Notes under the pieces: model-generated
The model's input: only the letters and a program-made list of their open reading frames with translations
What the model was told of the DNA's origin: nothing
Databases searched by the model: none
Sequence record: NC_006268.1
DNA length: 64,000 nt
Reading direction: 5' to 3' (one strand)
In this document: one piece after another, positions 39,895-49,569 of the stretch
Position numbering within the stretch: the stretch's first letter is position 1
Layout of the letters: each line of letters begins with the position of its first letter
Position numbers and translations under genes: made by a program

Positions 39895-41475
39895 TTATGC
39901 AATCAGCTTTGAATTAATTGTATCTATAAAATCTCTAAAACCTTGCTCGTCACTAATTATTGTTGGTGGGGGTTTTAAATCTTTCGCCAACTTCGTGTAT
40001 TGTATCATATCTTGTTTACAGTTTGTTTCAGCTGGGAAGCATATCTTTCCAGCATCAAAGGGTAAATCGAGCGTATTTGCCAAAATCGCTAAGAATGTCC
40101 TATAAACACTGTAAGGATCATAAGGATTTTCTGCAATAAGGCTTGCAATTGTTGATTGCAGTTTTGCTCTTAGCAAATCGTCGTAAAACGTGGTTGTTGA
40201 GATTTGCGCTATTTTTATCAATTCAACAGCCATATCACCAATTATCAACACAAACTTACTACTCTCTGTTTGCAACAAATGGTCTAGTACTTCAAGGTAG
40301 TAATGAGTGAATTTGGGCAGTGTGATTACACTAAGTGCATCTCTAAATAGCTCTACCGTGTTAAAATAATCCAGCGGAGTAGCGCCAATTGTTGGAGTGA
40401 AAAGCGGCTTGTTACAAACTTCACTGAAATATGCTACTACAAGTGTTTTATATAATGGAACATGCTTTGTTATAAAGGAAATACGTAATGGTGAAGAATC
40501 ACACCTTATTCCTAAATTTTCTTGGAAGAAGCGAGTTAATAGCCTTTTTCCTTCATCTGGTATAGGCTTTTGTGTAATTAGCCTTGATACTCCCCTCGTG
40601 TTTTCCATACTTCCAGTGTATGTTCCAAGTGTAAGGATTTGATCAATCATCCTAAAGGAAAGGCCTCGATTTACTGCTAATCTAGCAAACTCATCAATTC
40701 CTAATTCCATGCCTTTGAATTTCACAGCGCCAGAATGTTTTATAACGAGGTAGGAGAATATCGCTTCGTAGTCTGGGAGTGGGAATGGTACCTGAATATT
40801 GAAACGTGAAATAATTGCTTGATCGAGAGTGTCAAGCTTCACGTTTGTTGTTGCAATTACTGCAATATGCTGTTTAGTCTTTTTCCACAAATTAAGCCTC
40901 TCTAAAACTTGGTTTGTCAAATTTAAAGAAAGTGCTCCATATCCTTCTTCAGCATTAGTTGGTCTAGTACGTAAAAGCCATTCACCATCATCAAAAACTA
41001 CAATTGAAGGTTGTTCACTTTCAGCCTTAATAAAAAGTTCTTCCAATTTCCTTTCCGATTCGCCTACAAATTTGCTCAAAGAGGAATAAGGCCTTATCCA
41101 TACTGTTGTGAAACCATAGTACTTTGAAAGAATTTCGGCAATGCTTGTTTTTCCAGTTCCTGGCGCTCCATAAAGTAGAACTGATTGAAAAGGATTCTTA
41201 AGAAGAATATCGATTACATCTCCTATTTCCTTTGGAAAAATATAATAATTGACACTGTCTGGGCTGGCTACTCTATAAATACGATTAAAACGCAAGTCTC
41301 TCTTTTCAATCTTAACTTCGGGAATTAACTTTATGTTGCCTGGATGAGCAGCAAACCACGTTTGGTTAAAAACACAAGGATCTGGCTCAACAAAACGTAC
41401 GCCTTCGGTTTCAGAAGAAATTACTTGGCCGTCTTTAATACTTCTAGTGGTGATAAGCTTTTCGCAAATCTCCAC
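39895..41475 (-). CDS. AAA+ ATPase (classical Cdc48/Vps4-like clade)
   Basis: Walker A GAPGTGKT, SKFVGESERKLEELF pore-loop region, Walker B VVFDDGE, ATTN...LDQAIISRF second region of homology. Confidence 0.92.
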   Translation of the reverse strand: MEICEKLITTRSIKDGQVISSETEGVRFVEPDPCVFNQTWFAAHPGNIKLIPEVKIEKRDLRFNRIYRVASPDSVNYYIFPKEIGDVIDILLKNPFQSVLLYGAPGTGKTSIAEILSKYYGFTTVWIRPYSSLSKFVGESERKLEELFIKAESEQPSIVVFDDGEWLLRTRPTNAEEGYGALSLNLTNQVLERLNLWKKTKQHIAVIATTNVKLDTLDQAIISRFNIQVPFPLPDYEAIFSYLVIKHSGAVKFKGMELGIDEFARLAVNRGLSFRMIDQILTLGTYTGSMENTRGVSRLITQKPIPDEGKRLLTRFFQENLGIRCDSSPLRISFITKHVPLYKTLVVAYFSEVCNKPLFTPTIGATPLDYFNTVELFRDALSVITLPKFTHYYLEVLDHLLQTESSKFVLIIGDMAVELIKIAQISTTTFYDDLLRAKLQSTIASLIAENPYDPYSVYRTFLAILANTLDLPFDAGKICFPAETNCKQDMIQYTKLAKDLKPPPTIISDEQGFRDFIDTINSKLIA

Positions 41476-41485
41476 ATTACCACCT

Positions 41486-42328
41486 CTACAAGTGGAGTGA
41501 TATGACGTGATTATTAGCTAACACTAAAATCATTATGAATGCAATTATACCTAACACTAAAAGCATTAGCAGGAAGTTCCATTTTTGTGAAGATTGCATC
41601 AATCTTAGTTTTTCAATCCTTTGTGCCATTTTCGACCATTCTCTAATATCATTTCCAATAGCGACCAATGCCCTAGTCATCGCTGTTGTTGCATCTACAG
41701 GGAAGGATAACATTTCATCTGTTAGAACAGTTTTAGGATCAACAGTGAATGCGAAAGCATAATTATTTGCAATTGGAATGTAACCAGTTATTTCCTTATT
41801 TGTTGTAATTATATCAACTATAACATCAAGGATAGTCTTTTTCCCAGTGGCAGCCCTAAGAACATCTAACTTTGCAATAGTGCCAAAATCAAATGCGGAA
41901 AACATAGGTATATCACCAACAGCGAAATAAACTGGCTTATTGTAGTCCTTCACACCAAACCTATAAGGCCTAGCATATGGATTAACGAGAATTAAGTATA
42001 ACGCACCATTTTCTGTGGCATGAAGAATACCTTGTCTAACATATCTCGCCGGCAAAACCTTTAATTCGTCAAGCTTAGAATTGATTAAAACAACAATAGC
42101 ATCAGCGTTTTTATGGCTAACTGAAAGGTAAGGTATTTTGTTTCTAGAACGAGAGATAATAGCAACAATAAAAGCAATTGCGAGAATTGCAACAAGAGCT
42201 ATTAGTAACACATCCACCAGGCTAGCAAAAAACGACGGTGCTTGAATAGAAATCTGAGGACTTGTTGATACTGATGATGGAGCTACAGTGTGGGATGTAG
42301 AAGGTGGTGGAGTAGGAGAGGCTGTCAT
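41486..42328 (-). CDS. Membrane protein with N- and C-terminal TM helices
   Basis: 280 aa; co-oriented directly upstream of the AAA ATPase. Confidence 0.8.
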   Translation of the reverse strand: MTASPTPPPSTSHTVAPSSVSTSPQISIQAPSFFASLVDVLLIALVAILAIAFIVAIISRSRNKIPYLSVSHKNADAIVVLINSKLDELKVLPARYVRQGILHATENGALYLILVNPYARPYRFGVKDYNKPVYFAVGDIPMFSAFDFGTIAKLDVLRAATGKKTILDVIVDIITTNKEITGYIPIANNYAFAFTVDPKTVLTDEMLSFPVDATTAMTRALVAIGNDIREWSKMAQRIEKLRLMQSSQKWNFLLMLLVLGIIAFIMILVLANNHVISLHL

Positions 42329-42360
42329 CTCGTATATATTTTTAAACTACTTATATTTAA

Positions 42361-42482
42361 CCTTGTCACCCCACAGTTAGGAGGGGATGTTGAGCCTCAA
42401 CCTTACGGTTCACTGTGACAACTTGCCACTCTACGTAAGGGTCATGGGCCCCCTTCGAGCCCCAAGGCATGAGGCTCACATC
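42361..42482. ncRNA. Candidate structured non-coding RNA (three-way junction)
   Basis: 57% GC (68/120 counted over 42361-42480) in AT-rich intergenic DNA; nested stems 42386-42399/42470-42482 and 42400-42407/42434-42442 plus a hairpin at 42446-42463. Confidence 0.5.
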
Positions 42483-42564
42483 TAAGTGTTATCAATATAG
42501 ACATAGTTGTAAAAATTAATAAACTTTACTTTTTCACATCGTAAGCTAGGTATGAGTGAAACCC

Positions 42565-42612
42565 TTCTCCAAAACTGGAGAATTGTAATTACAGTTCTGC
42601 AAATTTGGTAAA
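42565..42612. repeat. 48-bp palindromic element
   Basis: ttctccaaaactggagaa ttgtaattacag ttctgcaaatttggtaaa. Confidence 0.8.
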
Positions 42613-42633
42613 AAAACAGTTAAAATAAATCTT

Positions 42634-42882
42634 CTAGAATTCTGCATAATTCTTTTCCCTAATCTGTCTCATGACCTCATTATACACTATACGGAATAAT
42701 CGTTTCATCTCCTCAGCTGACATCTTTAATATCTCCGCTGCACTCAGCTGATCTGCGATATATGTCTTTATGATATTATGTAACATAGGTTCAATGTCCT
42801 TTCTTTCAATGACTAAGAGCGTATTACAACACACTATCTCACAAAGCACATCGTCACATTCGACCTTAAACATTGTTCTCAT
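42634..42882 (-). CDS. Hypothetical protein
   Basis: 82-aa ORF. Confidence 0.6.
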   Translation of the reverse strand: MRTMFKVECDDVLCEIVCCNTLLVIERKDIEPMLHNIIKTYIADQLSAAEILKMSAEEMKRLFRIVYNEVMRQIREKNYAEF

Positions 42883-42961
42883 GTGGTAAGAAAAGAAAAG
42901 AAAATATAAAAAGACTCGCTAAGTATAAGTCTTTAAAACTCCAACATCCTATTTATAAAAT

Positions 42962-45900
42962 ATGAAGAGTGGTAAGTTAATAATCCGTCTTCTCCTCCTT
43001 AATTTACTCCTAACTAGCATCATATTAGTTGCGACAGGAATAAAAGCAGATTCAGGCGTCTCAGCACAGCCAATTGGGCAAGCAACAGTGTATACAGCAC
43101 CTTACACATCAACAAGCTTTGTACTTAACACCACAGTAAATCCAATAAACCCAATAGCAAGTAACATAAGACTATTCAAATACCCAAACCTAACTGGGCC
43201 AATACAAGCTTTCGTATCACAAGGCTGGTCACCTATATCATCTGGATCATACCCATCGTCAAGAGTGATAAAAGTAGTACCGGGAAGCGGAGTTAGTGGT
43301 GTGTACCCAGATTACTTGTTTAATGGATCGATGTTCAGAGTAGGAAGTGTAGTAGAATCAACTGATTGGGGTACATCACCTAAACCTTATTATCAAGGGA
43401 ATTTATTAGTGATAAATACAACTGCCGTTTCAGCATGGGGACAGTATATAGCGTGGTATTTTGTACCACCTACAACAACACTAAACGTTACGATACATGT
43501 AGTATCATATCCAAGCCGTAATGGTAATCCAGGAATTGTAATTTATAGTCCAAATGTAGGGAATCAAACATATGATGGTGCTAGTGGATTTTATGTGCTT
43601 CTTGTTGACTTTTATAATTCTGGAATATTCTATCATGGACCATCTACTGGTTACACTGAATTATATGGTTCATTACCGCAGCCAAACCCAAATTATCCTT
43701 TTACCTTCACCGTAATCTTCACGGAGAATAGTGCTGGAAACGTGACAGTTGCTGAAGTGGGAATAAACGGAACATACACGACTATAAACGTTAATACACC
43801 ATTCCCTTGGTCTCAAATAGGATATATAGGAATACGAGGAGATATTAATGATTTATTATACACCTCTTACTTCGCAGCATCAAGTGGTTCAGTATTTGCG
43901 CAATTCGTCCCAACACCTTCCATAGGTGAAGCAGTTAAATCATTGTCTTTAGTAGAATCAGTTACTTGGTTTACATCGCCTAAACCATATTATCAAGGGA
44001 ATTTGCTAGTGATAAATTCGACTACTGCAGGATCTGGACAATATATAGCGTGGTCTTTTATACCTTCAACTACAACGCTAAACGTTACGATACATGTGAC
44101 TTCATTCCCAGATCATAATAATAACCCAGGCATTGTAATCTATAGCCCAAATATAGGAAATACATCAGATGTTTATACTGGTTTTTATGCACTTGATGTT
44201 GATTTTTATGGAAATACAATATGGTATCATGGACCATCTACTACATTTACGACATTATACACTTCACTGCCACAGCCCAATCCAAATTATCCATTTACGT
44301 TCACGGTAATCTTTACGGAGAATAGTGCGGGAAATGTTACAGTATCGGAAATAGGCATAAACGGAACGTACACAACGATAAACGTAAATACACCATTTCC
44401 ATGGACAGAAATTGGTTATGTAGGAATAAGAGGAGATACTGGTAATTTATTCTACGTTTCCTATTTCGCAGCATCTAGCAGCCCAGAATTTGCGCAATTT
44501 GTTCCACCGCGAGAACTACAATATCCGCCTTTCGTAGAGTCAGGATATTGGGGTTTATCCTCTAAAGTATATTACCAAGGAAATTTGTTAGTATTGAATT
44601 CAACTAATTATAACCAGTATATAGCATGGGCTTTTACACCTCCTACTACAACGCTAAACGTTACGATACATGTAGTATCATATCCAGTCCGTGGTGTTCA
44701 GATCACAGGTATTGCGCTTTTTAGCCCAAATCTAGGATATAGACTACAAGATGATATCCTGGGACCTAGTGGATTTTACATGCTTCTTGTTAGTTTTTAT
44801 AGTGGTCTCATAGTTGGTCATGGACTATCTCCTAGCTCAGTCTGGCAAACTTTCTCTACTTCAATACCGCAACCTAATCTAAACTATCCGTTTACTTTCT
44901 CTGTGATCTTTACGGAGAATAGTGCGGGTAATGTTACAGTATCAGAAATAGGGATAAATGGCACGTACACGACAGTCAATGTTGCTACAACATTTCCTTG
45001 GTCACAGATTGGTTATGTAGCAATAAGAGGAAATTATATGGATTTATTCTATGTTTCCTACTTCGCAGCATCAAGCGATCAACCAGGCACTTATCCAGTT
45101 GTCTTTGTCCCATCATATACGGTTAACGCTAATCCTTTCCCAATCTTCCGTTTCCCATCTACTATCACTCAAGCTTACCTAGTGTATAATAATAACAGCG
45201 TGTTCTTGTCAGCAGTAGATGCTGGTGGCCAATTCTTCTTGAATATCCCATTAAAAATGCAATGGGAGCCATTCACCTACTTTGGCCTAAGCGCATATCA
45301 GCTTCTAACTGTTGTTAATGCGCCAACTACTGGTTACCTTGCCGCTTTCCCATATCCTTTGACATATAATTACTTCACTTCGCCTGGGCCTTTCACTTCT
45401 GTCCCATCAACTGTAATAACTCCAACGTTTAGTAAAACAGTGTACCCATTAACTAACGTTTCAATACAACAGCTGACATTATTCACCTCTGCTGGTAGTG
45501 TTACGACTTCAACGCAAGCTTACGTTTTGCCCAACATAGGAGCGTGGACTTATGCTTCAGTACCATACCCAACTTCAGTGAGTGTAATAGTGAATAATAC
45601 TGTGCAAAAGCTTAGTGTGAGTGGGGCGTCTGTAACTGTCACAGCATCATATTCAACAACAGTGATAGCCCCAGACAATCTAATACCCCCACCAAATGCA
45701 CAAGTAAGTGTATACAATGGTACTTTTAACAAAATAGTTATATCTTCAACGTCAACCTTCACATTCAGTACGCAGATAGTACAATCTGGATTGCCAACGT
45801 TTGGGCTGGTCTTGCCAGTGTGGTATTATGTTTCACTAGGAACTGGAACGATAGGTGTGTCATTAGTACAAGTGCCTATGATATTGGGTAATAAACTATT

Positions 45901-47611
45901 TGCATTCTTGCCAGAAGTTGTGTCAACTTATTGGGGTTCATCACCTAAGCCGTATTATGAGGGGAATTTGCTAGTGATGAATGGATCTAATGCGGCAGCA
46001 CCTGGGCAATATATAGCGTGGTCTTTTATGCCATCTACTACGACGCTAAACGTTACGATACACGTAGTATCATTCCCTGAACGAGCTAGCCAGCCAGGCA
46101 TTACAATTTATAGCCCAAATGTAGGAAACCAAAGCTCTGATAATGACATTGTTGGTTTTTATGAGATTCTTGTTGATTTTTATGATAATACGTTATGGTA
46201 TCATGGACCATCTACTAACTGGCAATCGTTATACACTTCATTACCACAGCCTAACCCAAACTATCCGTTCACTTTCAGTGTGATCTTCACGGAAAACGGC
46301 GCTGGTAACATAACGCTTTCAGAAGTGGGAATAAACGGAACGTACACAACGATTAACGTTAATACACCATTCCCATGGACAGAGATTGGGTATGTAGGAA
46401 TAAGAGTAGATTGGGATAATATATTCTACGTTTCCTATTTCGCAGCATCTAGTGGCCCAACTTCCATCACTTTCGTTTCTCCATCCTACATCTTCTTAAA
46501 CAGTTGGGCATCTTCTTACGTTGTTCCTAGCTATCTTAACACGCCCTACGCTTTGTCTTACTCTGTATCACAAACTAGCGCTCAAGTTGGTCAATACACT
46601 CTCACTCAAGGTTTGAACTACGTTTCCTATTCGTTTACGCCGGGTTATGTTGCTACTGCTATATTATACTATAACTCTACTCCAGTCCTAGCAAATCTAC
46701 TATCACCCTACATTTCTTACAAGTTCTCTTCACTAACTCTATCGTTCTCTACTGCAACAGCTGCAATGTTTTCCAACTTCCCTATCCCAGCTCCTCAGCT
46801 ACTAAGTAGTTATATTCCAACTGGTTCTGTCCTTTATCAAGACCCTATTACATACTACATTTCTCCAACTACAGTTACAATGTATAATACTACAGTAGCA
46901 ACTAGTTTGCAAAGTTCTAACGCTAGTTCTAGCAGCGCGGCAACAACTACTACTCCACCGCCTTCATCATCTACAACTTCTACAGCGCAATCTATTTCCC
47001 CTGGCCAAATGCAGATAGTCTATAATGGTACAACTACGATAAGGATAAACTTTGTTACTTTCCCATCAGTGTCAGTGCCTAAGATTGGCCAAATTGTGGC
47101 TATGCCTATTGTTAATTCATCTGGCGCTTTTCTATACCTCTACAACTACAATCAATCTGCTAACTTCAATGTGACTGTCTCCTATGTGTTCAGTAATGGT
47201 ACTGTGGTGACGAGAACTGACCCTGTAAATTCAATAGTTCCTTTACCAACTATTACTTCGCCAGTTGAGGTTAGAATAACTGTAGAAAACGAGTCTACTA
47301 CTTTTAATATAACACCAGTCCAATTGGGCAGTGCGCAGTTAGCAGTACAGATGTACAATACGATTTCAAATAGCTTGCCTGGGCCTTTTGCCTTCTTCGG
47401 TCCTATCCTGGCTAACGTGATTTTCTTAATATTTGCCCTATCAGCGATGCTGAGGAATGATTTGAAATTAGTTGGAATGGGTGGGATTGTGTATGGCGTG
47501 TTTATAGCCCCAGGCTTGCTAGACTTAGGCTTCCCAGCGTTTATTGTATTCCCAAGTGCAATAGTAGCAGTTGCTGTAGGGCTTTTTGCATTATGGATGT
47601 CAAAAAGTTAA
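42962..47611 (+). CDS. 1549-aa surface glycoprotein with four internal beta-sandwich (lectin-like) repeats and a C-terminal membrane anchor; candidate receptor-binding protein
   Basis: Signal peptide; four copies of W..SPKPYY.GNLLV.N...PQPNPNYPFTF.VIFTEN.AGN.T..E.GINGTYTT.NV.T.FPW..IGY.GIR; S/T-rich stalk; about 3 C-terminal TM helices. Confidence 0.8.
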   Translation: MKSGKLIIRLLLLNLLLTSIILVATGIKADSGVSAQPIGQATVYTAPYTSTSFVLNTTVNPINPIASNIRLFKYPNLTGPIQAFVSQGWSPISSGSYPSSRVIKVVPGSGVSGVYPDYLFNGSMFRVGSVVESTDWGTSPKPYYQGNLLVINTTAVSAWGQYIAWYFVPPTTTLNVTIHVVSYPSRNGNPGIVIYSPNVGNQTYDGASGFYVLLVDFYNSGIFYHGPSTGYTELYGSLPQPNPNYPFTFTVIFTENSAGNVTVAEVGINGTYTTINVNTPFPWSQIGYIGIRGDINDLLYTSYFAASSGSVFAQFVPTPSIGEAVKSLSLVESVTWFTSPKPYYQGNLLVINSTTAGSGQYIAWSFIPSTTTLNVTIHVTSFPDHNNNPGIVIYSPNIGNTSDVYTGFYALDVDFYGNTIWYHGPSTTFTTLYTSLPQPNPNYPFTFTVIFTENSAGNVTVSEIGINGTYTTINVNTPFPWTEIGYVGIRGDTGNLFYVSYFAASSSPEFAQFVPPRELQYPPFVESGYWGLSSKVYYQGNLLVLNSTNYNQYIAWAFTPPTTTLNVTIHVVSYPVRGVQITGIALFSPNLGYRLQDDILGPSGFYMLLVSFYSGLIVGHGLSPSSVWQTFSTSIPQPNLNYPFTFSVIFTENSAGNVTVSEIGINGTYTTVNVATTFPWSQIGYVAIRGNYMDLFYVSYFAASSDQPGTYPVVFVPSYTVNANPFPIFRFPSTITQAYLVYNNNSVFLSAVDAGGQFFLNIPLKMQWEPFTYFGLSAYQLLTVVNAPTTGYLAAFPYPLTYNYFTSPGPFTSVPSTVITPTFSKTVYPLTNVSIQQLTLFTSAGSVTTSTQAYVLPNIGAWTYASVPYPTSVSVIVNNTVQKLSVSGASVTVTASYSTTVIAPDNLIPPPNAQVSVYNGTFNKIVISSTSTFTFSTQIVQSGLPTFGLVLPVWYYVSLGTGTIGVSLVQVPMILGNKLFAFLPEVVSTYWGSSPKPYYEGNLLVMNGSNAAAPGQYIAWSFMPSTTTLNVTIHVVSFPERASQPGITIYSPNVGNQSSDNDIVGFYEILVDFYDNTLWYHGPSTNWQSLYTSLPQPNPNYPFTFSVIFTENGAGNITLSEVGINGTYTTINVNTPFPWTEIGYVGIRVDWDNIFYVSYFAASSGPTSITFVSPSYIFLNSWASSYVVPSYLNTPYALSYSVSQTSAQVGQYTLTQGLNYVSYSFTPGYVATAILYYNSTPVLANLLSPYISYKFSSLTLSFSTATAAMFSNFPIPAPQLLSSYIPTGSVLYQDPITYYISPTTVTMYNTTVATSLQSSNASSSSAATTTTPPPSSSTTSTAQSISPGQMQIVYNGTTTIRINFVTFPSVSVPKIGQIVAMPIVNSSGAFLYLYNYNQSANFNVTVSYVFSNGTVVTRTDPVNSIVPLPTITSPVEVRITVENESTTFNITPVQLGSAQLAVQMYNTISNSLPGPFAFFGPILANVIFLIFALSAMLRNDLKLVGMGGIVYGVFIAPGLLDLGFPAFIVFPSAIVAVAVGLFALWMSKS

Positions 47612-47620
47612 TTTTTTTAT

Positions 47621-47971
47621 TTATTGTGAAGAAGTTTGAGAAGATTTTTCAATTACTTCTTTGTAAAAAATTTCTAGCCACTTGTCTATATAAAGTGCTA
47701 TAGCTGTTCTTATGATCACAGCAGGCGTAACGTTTCTCCTCTTTGCTAGTTCTTCTATTGCTTCGACCAGATTACGATCTAATTTCATTACCTTTATATG
47801 CCTTTTTCCTGGCTTAATGTAATACTTATCAATTGGGTTTTGTAAATATTCGACTAATGCCTCATTTATTAGCTGTGCTTGATCTTTTTTGAGAAAGTTT
47901 GACACTTTTTGAAGACTGTCAAATAGGTAGTTGTCCAGAGGGAATCTAACTTTAATCTTCTGCCCTGCCAT
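47621..47971 (-). CDS. Tandem RHH protein (2 modules)
   Basis: IKVRFPLDNYLFDSLQKVSNFLKKDQAQLINEAL and IKVMKLDRNLVEAIEELAKRRNVTPAVIIRTAI. Confidence 0.85.
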   Translation of the reverse strand: MAGQKIKVRFPLDNYLFDSLQKVSNFLKKDQAQLINEALVEYLQNPIDKYYIKPGKRHIKVMKLDRNLVEAIEELAKRRNVTPAVIIRTAIALYIDKWLEIFYKEVIEKSSQTSSQ

Positions 47972-48023
47972 ACGTTTTTGCTCTTCATAATACTATTTAA
48001 AGCTTTCTTACCTAAAGAAGATA

Positions 48024-48575
48024 CTACGAATTTGCGATACGGGCTAAGTAATCTTCCGCCTCCTTCGTTTGAACATAAGTCAGAATGTGGCGCAAGCTCT
48101 TATGGCCAGTTATTTTTGCAACTACTTCAGCTGGTAATCCATCTTTTATTGCTTTTGTTATAAAAGCATAACGGAAAGAGTGCGTATTTACGCCATAGCG
48201 CCTTTTGCAAAACATCTTCACTGCTGCGATCATTTTCCTTTCACTTTTTGTAAGTATGATGGAATAGTACTTTTTGTAAGTGATTATTTTGGGGATGATG
48301 ATTTTTCTTTCATTCCCGCCTTTTTCAGCCTTTAAAATGATTGTTCTTTCTTTGCCACCAACTTCTACAAATTGGTAGAAAGCCTTAACTGCTTCGCCTA
48401 TTCGTGTACCATTTAAAAGCTGTGTAAGTAAAATTGCAACGTAAATCTCTTTATCAAAATCCTCAGTGGAGTTTTGTGAGAATTGCTTATAGTCTTTTTC
48501 TAAGGTTTTTCTCATCTTGTCAAAGTCAACTCCCTTGTCCCACTTGAATATTGTCTTCCCTTCTTCTATTGCCAC
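48024..48575 (-). CDS. Tyrosine recombinase/integrase (catalytic domain only, 183 aa)
   Basis: Catalytic set R (GTRIGE), K (AEKGG), HxxR (HSFR), H (TGH), Y (LTYV). Confidence 0.92.
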   Translation of the reverse strand: MAIEEGKTIFKWDKGVDFDKMRKTLEKDYKQFSQNSTEDFDKEIYVAILLTQLLNGTRIGEAVKAFYQFVEVGGKERTIILKAEKGGNERKIIIPKIITYKKYYSIILTKSERKMIAAVKMFCKRRYGVNTHSFRYAFITKAIKDGLPAEVVAKITGHKSLRHILTYVQTKEAEDYLARIANS

Positions 48576-48610
48576 ACTATCATTTTAGATTAAGCAGTTA
48601 AAAATGTTCT

Positions 48611-48628
48611 TTCTGTAAAATTGTAGAA
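48611..48628. repeat. Single 18-bp box upstream of the recombinase
   Basis: ttctgtaaaattgtagaa. Confidence 0.75.
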
Positions 48629-48682
48629 GCAAAGGGCAGTGAAAGACGTAAAAAGTGAGGGGTTCACAACGTTACTGATTAT

Positions 48683-48699
48683 AGAAAGTTTTAAATACC
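48683..48699 (+). promoter_or_regulatory. Strong BRE-TATA promoter variant
   Basis: agaaagttttaaatacc upstream of 48720. Confidence 0.7.
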
Positions 48700-48719
48700 A
48701 GAAAAACAGACCCTAACAT

Positions 48720-49076
48720 ATGAGAGTCATTTGTAGAGCTTGTGGTGAACCGGGAACCCTATACATCAAGAAGGTAGGAGAAAGGAAATATAAATATGTA
48801 AAGCACTATAAGAAAAAATCATGTTACTTAGGACCAGTAGAGGGATATGAGTATGTTAATGGAAATTATGAAAAAATTGGTTTAAACCTAGACTTAAGAG
48901 GTGTGGACGAATTTGATCCAATTTCATCAATGTTGAGATTACTTGATTCACTTGAAGAAAAGTACAAAACGACAAAAGACTTGAAACTGAAGGCAGATCT
49001 AAGGATGATAAGGGACAGGATAGACAAGATACTAGAGGAAAGCGATACTCAGGATGGCCAAGATGGAAAGCAGTAA
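48720..49076 (+). CDS. Zn-ribbon protein with C-terminal coiled coil
   Basis: CRACGEPG...HY...CYLGP; divergent from the recombinase, behind the AGAAAGTTTTAAA promoter. Confidence 0.75.
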   Translation: MRVICRACGEPGTLYIKKVGERKYKYVKHYKKKSCYLGPVEGYEYVNGNYEKIGLNLDLRGVDEFDPISSMLRLLDSLEEKYKTTKDLKLKADLRMIRDRIDKILEESDTQDGQDGKQ

Positions 49077-49140
49077 CAAAAACCAGTAGAAATAACTGTG
49101 CAACATCTTTAAATTATCTTTCTTTTTCTTTTATCTATAT

Positions 49141-49569
49141 ATGTATAATGAAGTTTTGCTTAGGTTTGTTGAAGATCTCGGCGATGCGCTTGACATGTAC
49201 GATATAAGCGCGCGCAAAATAGCTCCTCACATTGGGCCTTTTGTCTTGAATGAACTGAAAAGAACGATAAGAGAGTATCTGAACACAACTGATATCATAA
49301 ATTATGTTGATTTAAGACAACTCAACGAGGCGAAAAATGCTAAAGCGCTGCTGATGGCCTTTATACAAGTTTTGGATGTTGGTTTGGCGAGAAGCTACCA
49401 ATTTGCTGGTTTTGGTTATCAAACTACACTTGCTAGAATGCAAGCAATTATGACAATAATAAAAAATGTTGTGCTTGAAGTTGCGAGAGATTTGGGGCTT
49501 CCAGAGATTGAAGAAAAATTAACTGCCCTAGAAAAGATGCAGTCACAGGGTGGCAGTACAACTGCCTAG
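49141..49569 (+). CDS. Hypothetical helical protein
   Basis: 142-aa ORF. Confidence 0.75.
   Translation: MYNEVLLRFVEDLGDALDMYDISARKIAPHIGPFVLNELKRTIREYLNTTDIINYVDLRQLNEAKNAKALLMAFIQVLDVGLARSYQFAGFGYQTTLARMQAIMTIIKNVVLEVARDLGLPEIEEKLTALEKMQSQGGSTTA

Noticed and set aside
43367-46453. Diversity-generating retroelement template/variable repeats
   Set aside because: No reverse transcriptase in the window, all repeats are in frame in one ORF, and differences include indels and are not adenine-specific.
48024-48720. tRNA gene or SSV-type attP within or near the integrase
   Set aside because: No T-arm (GGTTCRAATCC) or acceptor-stem pattern found by eye on either strand.
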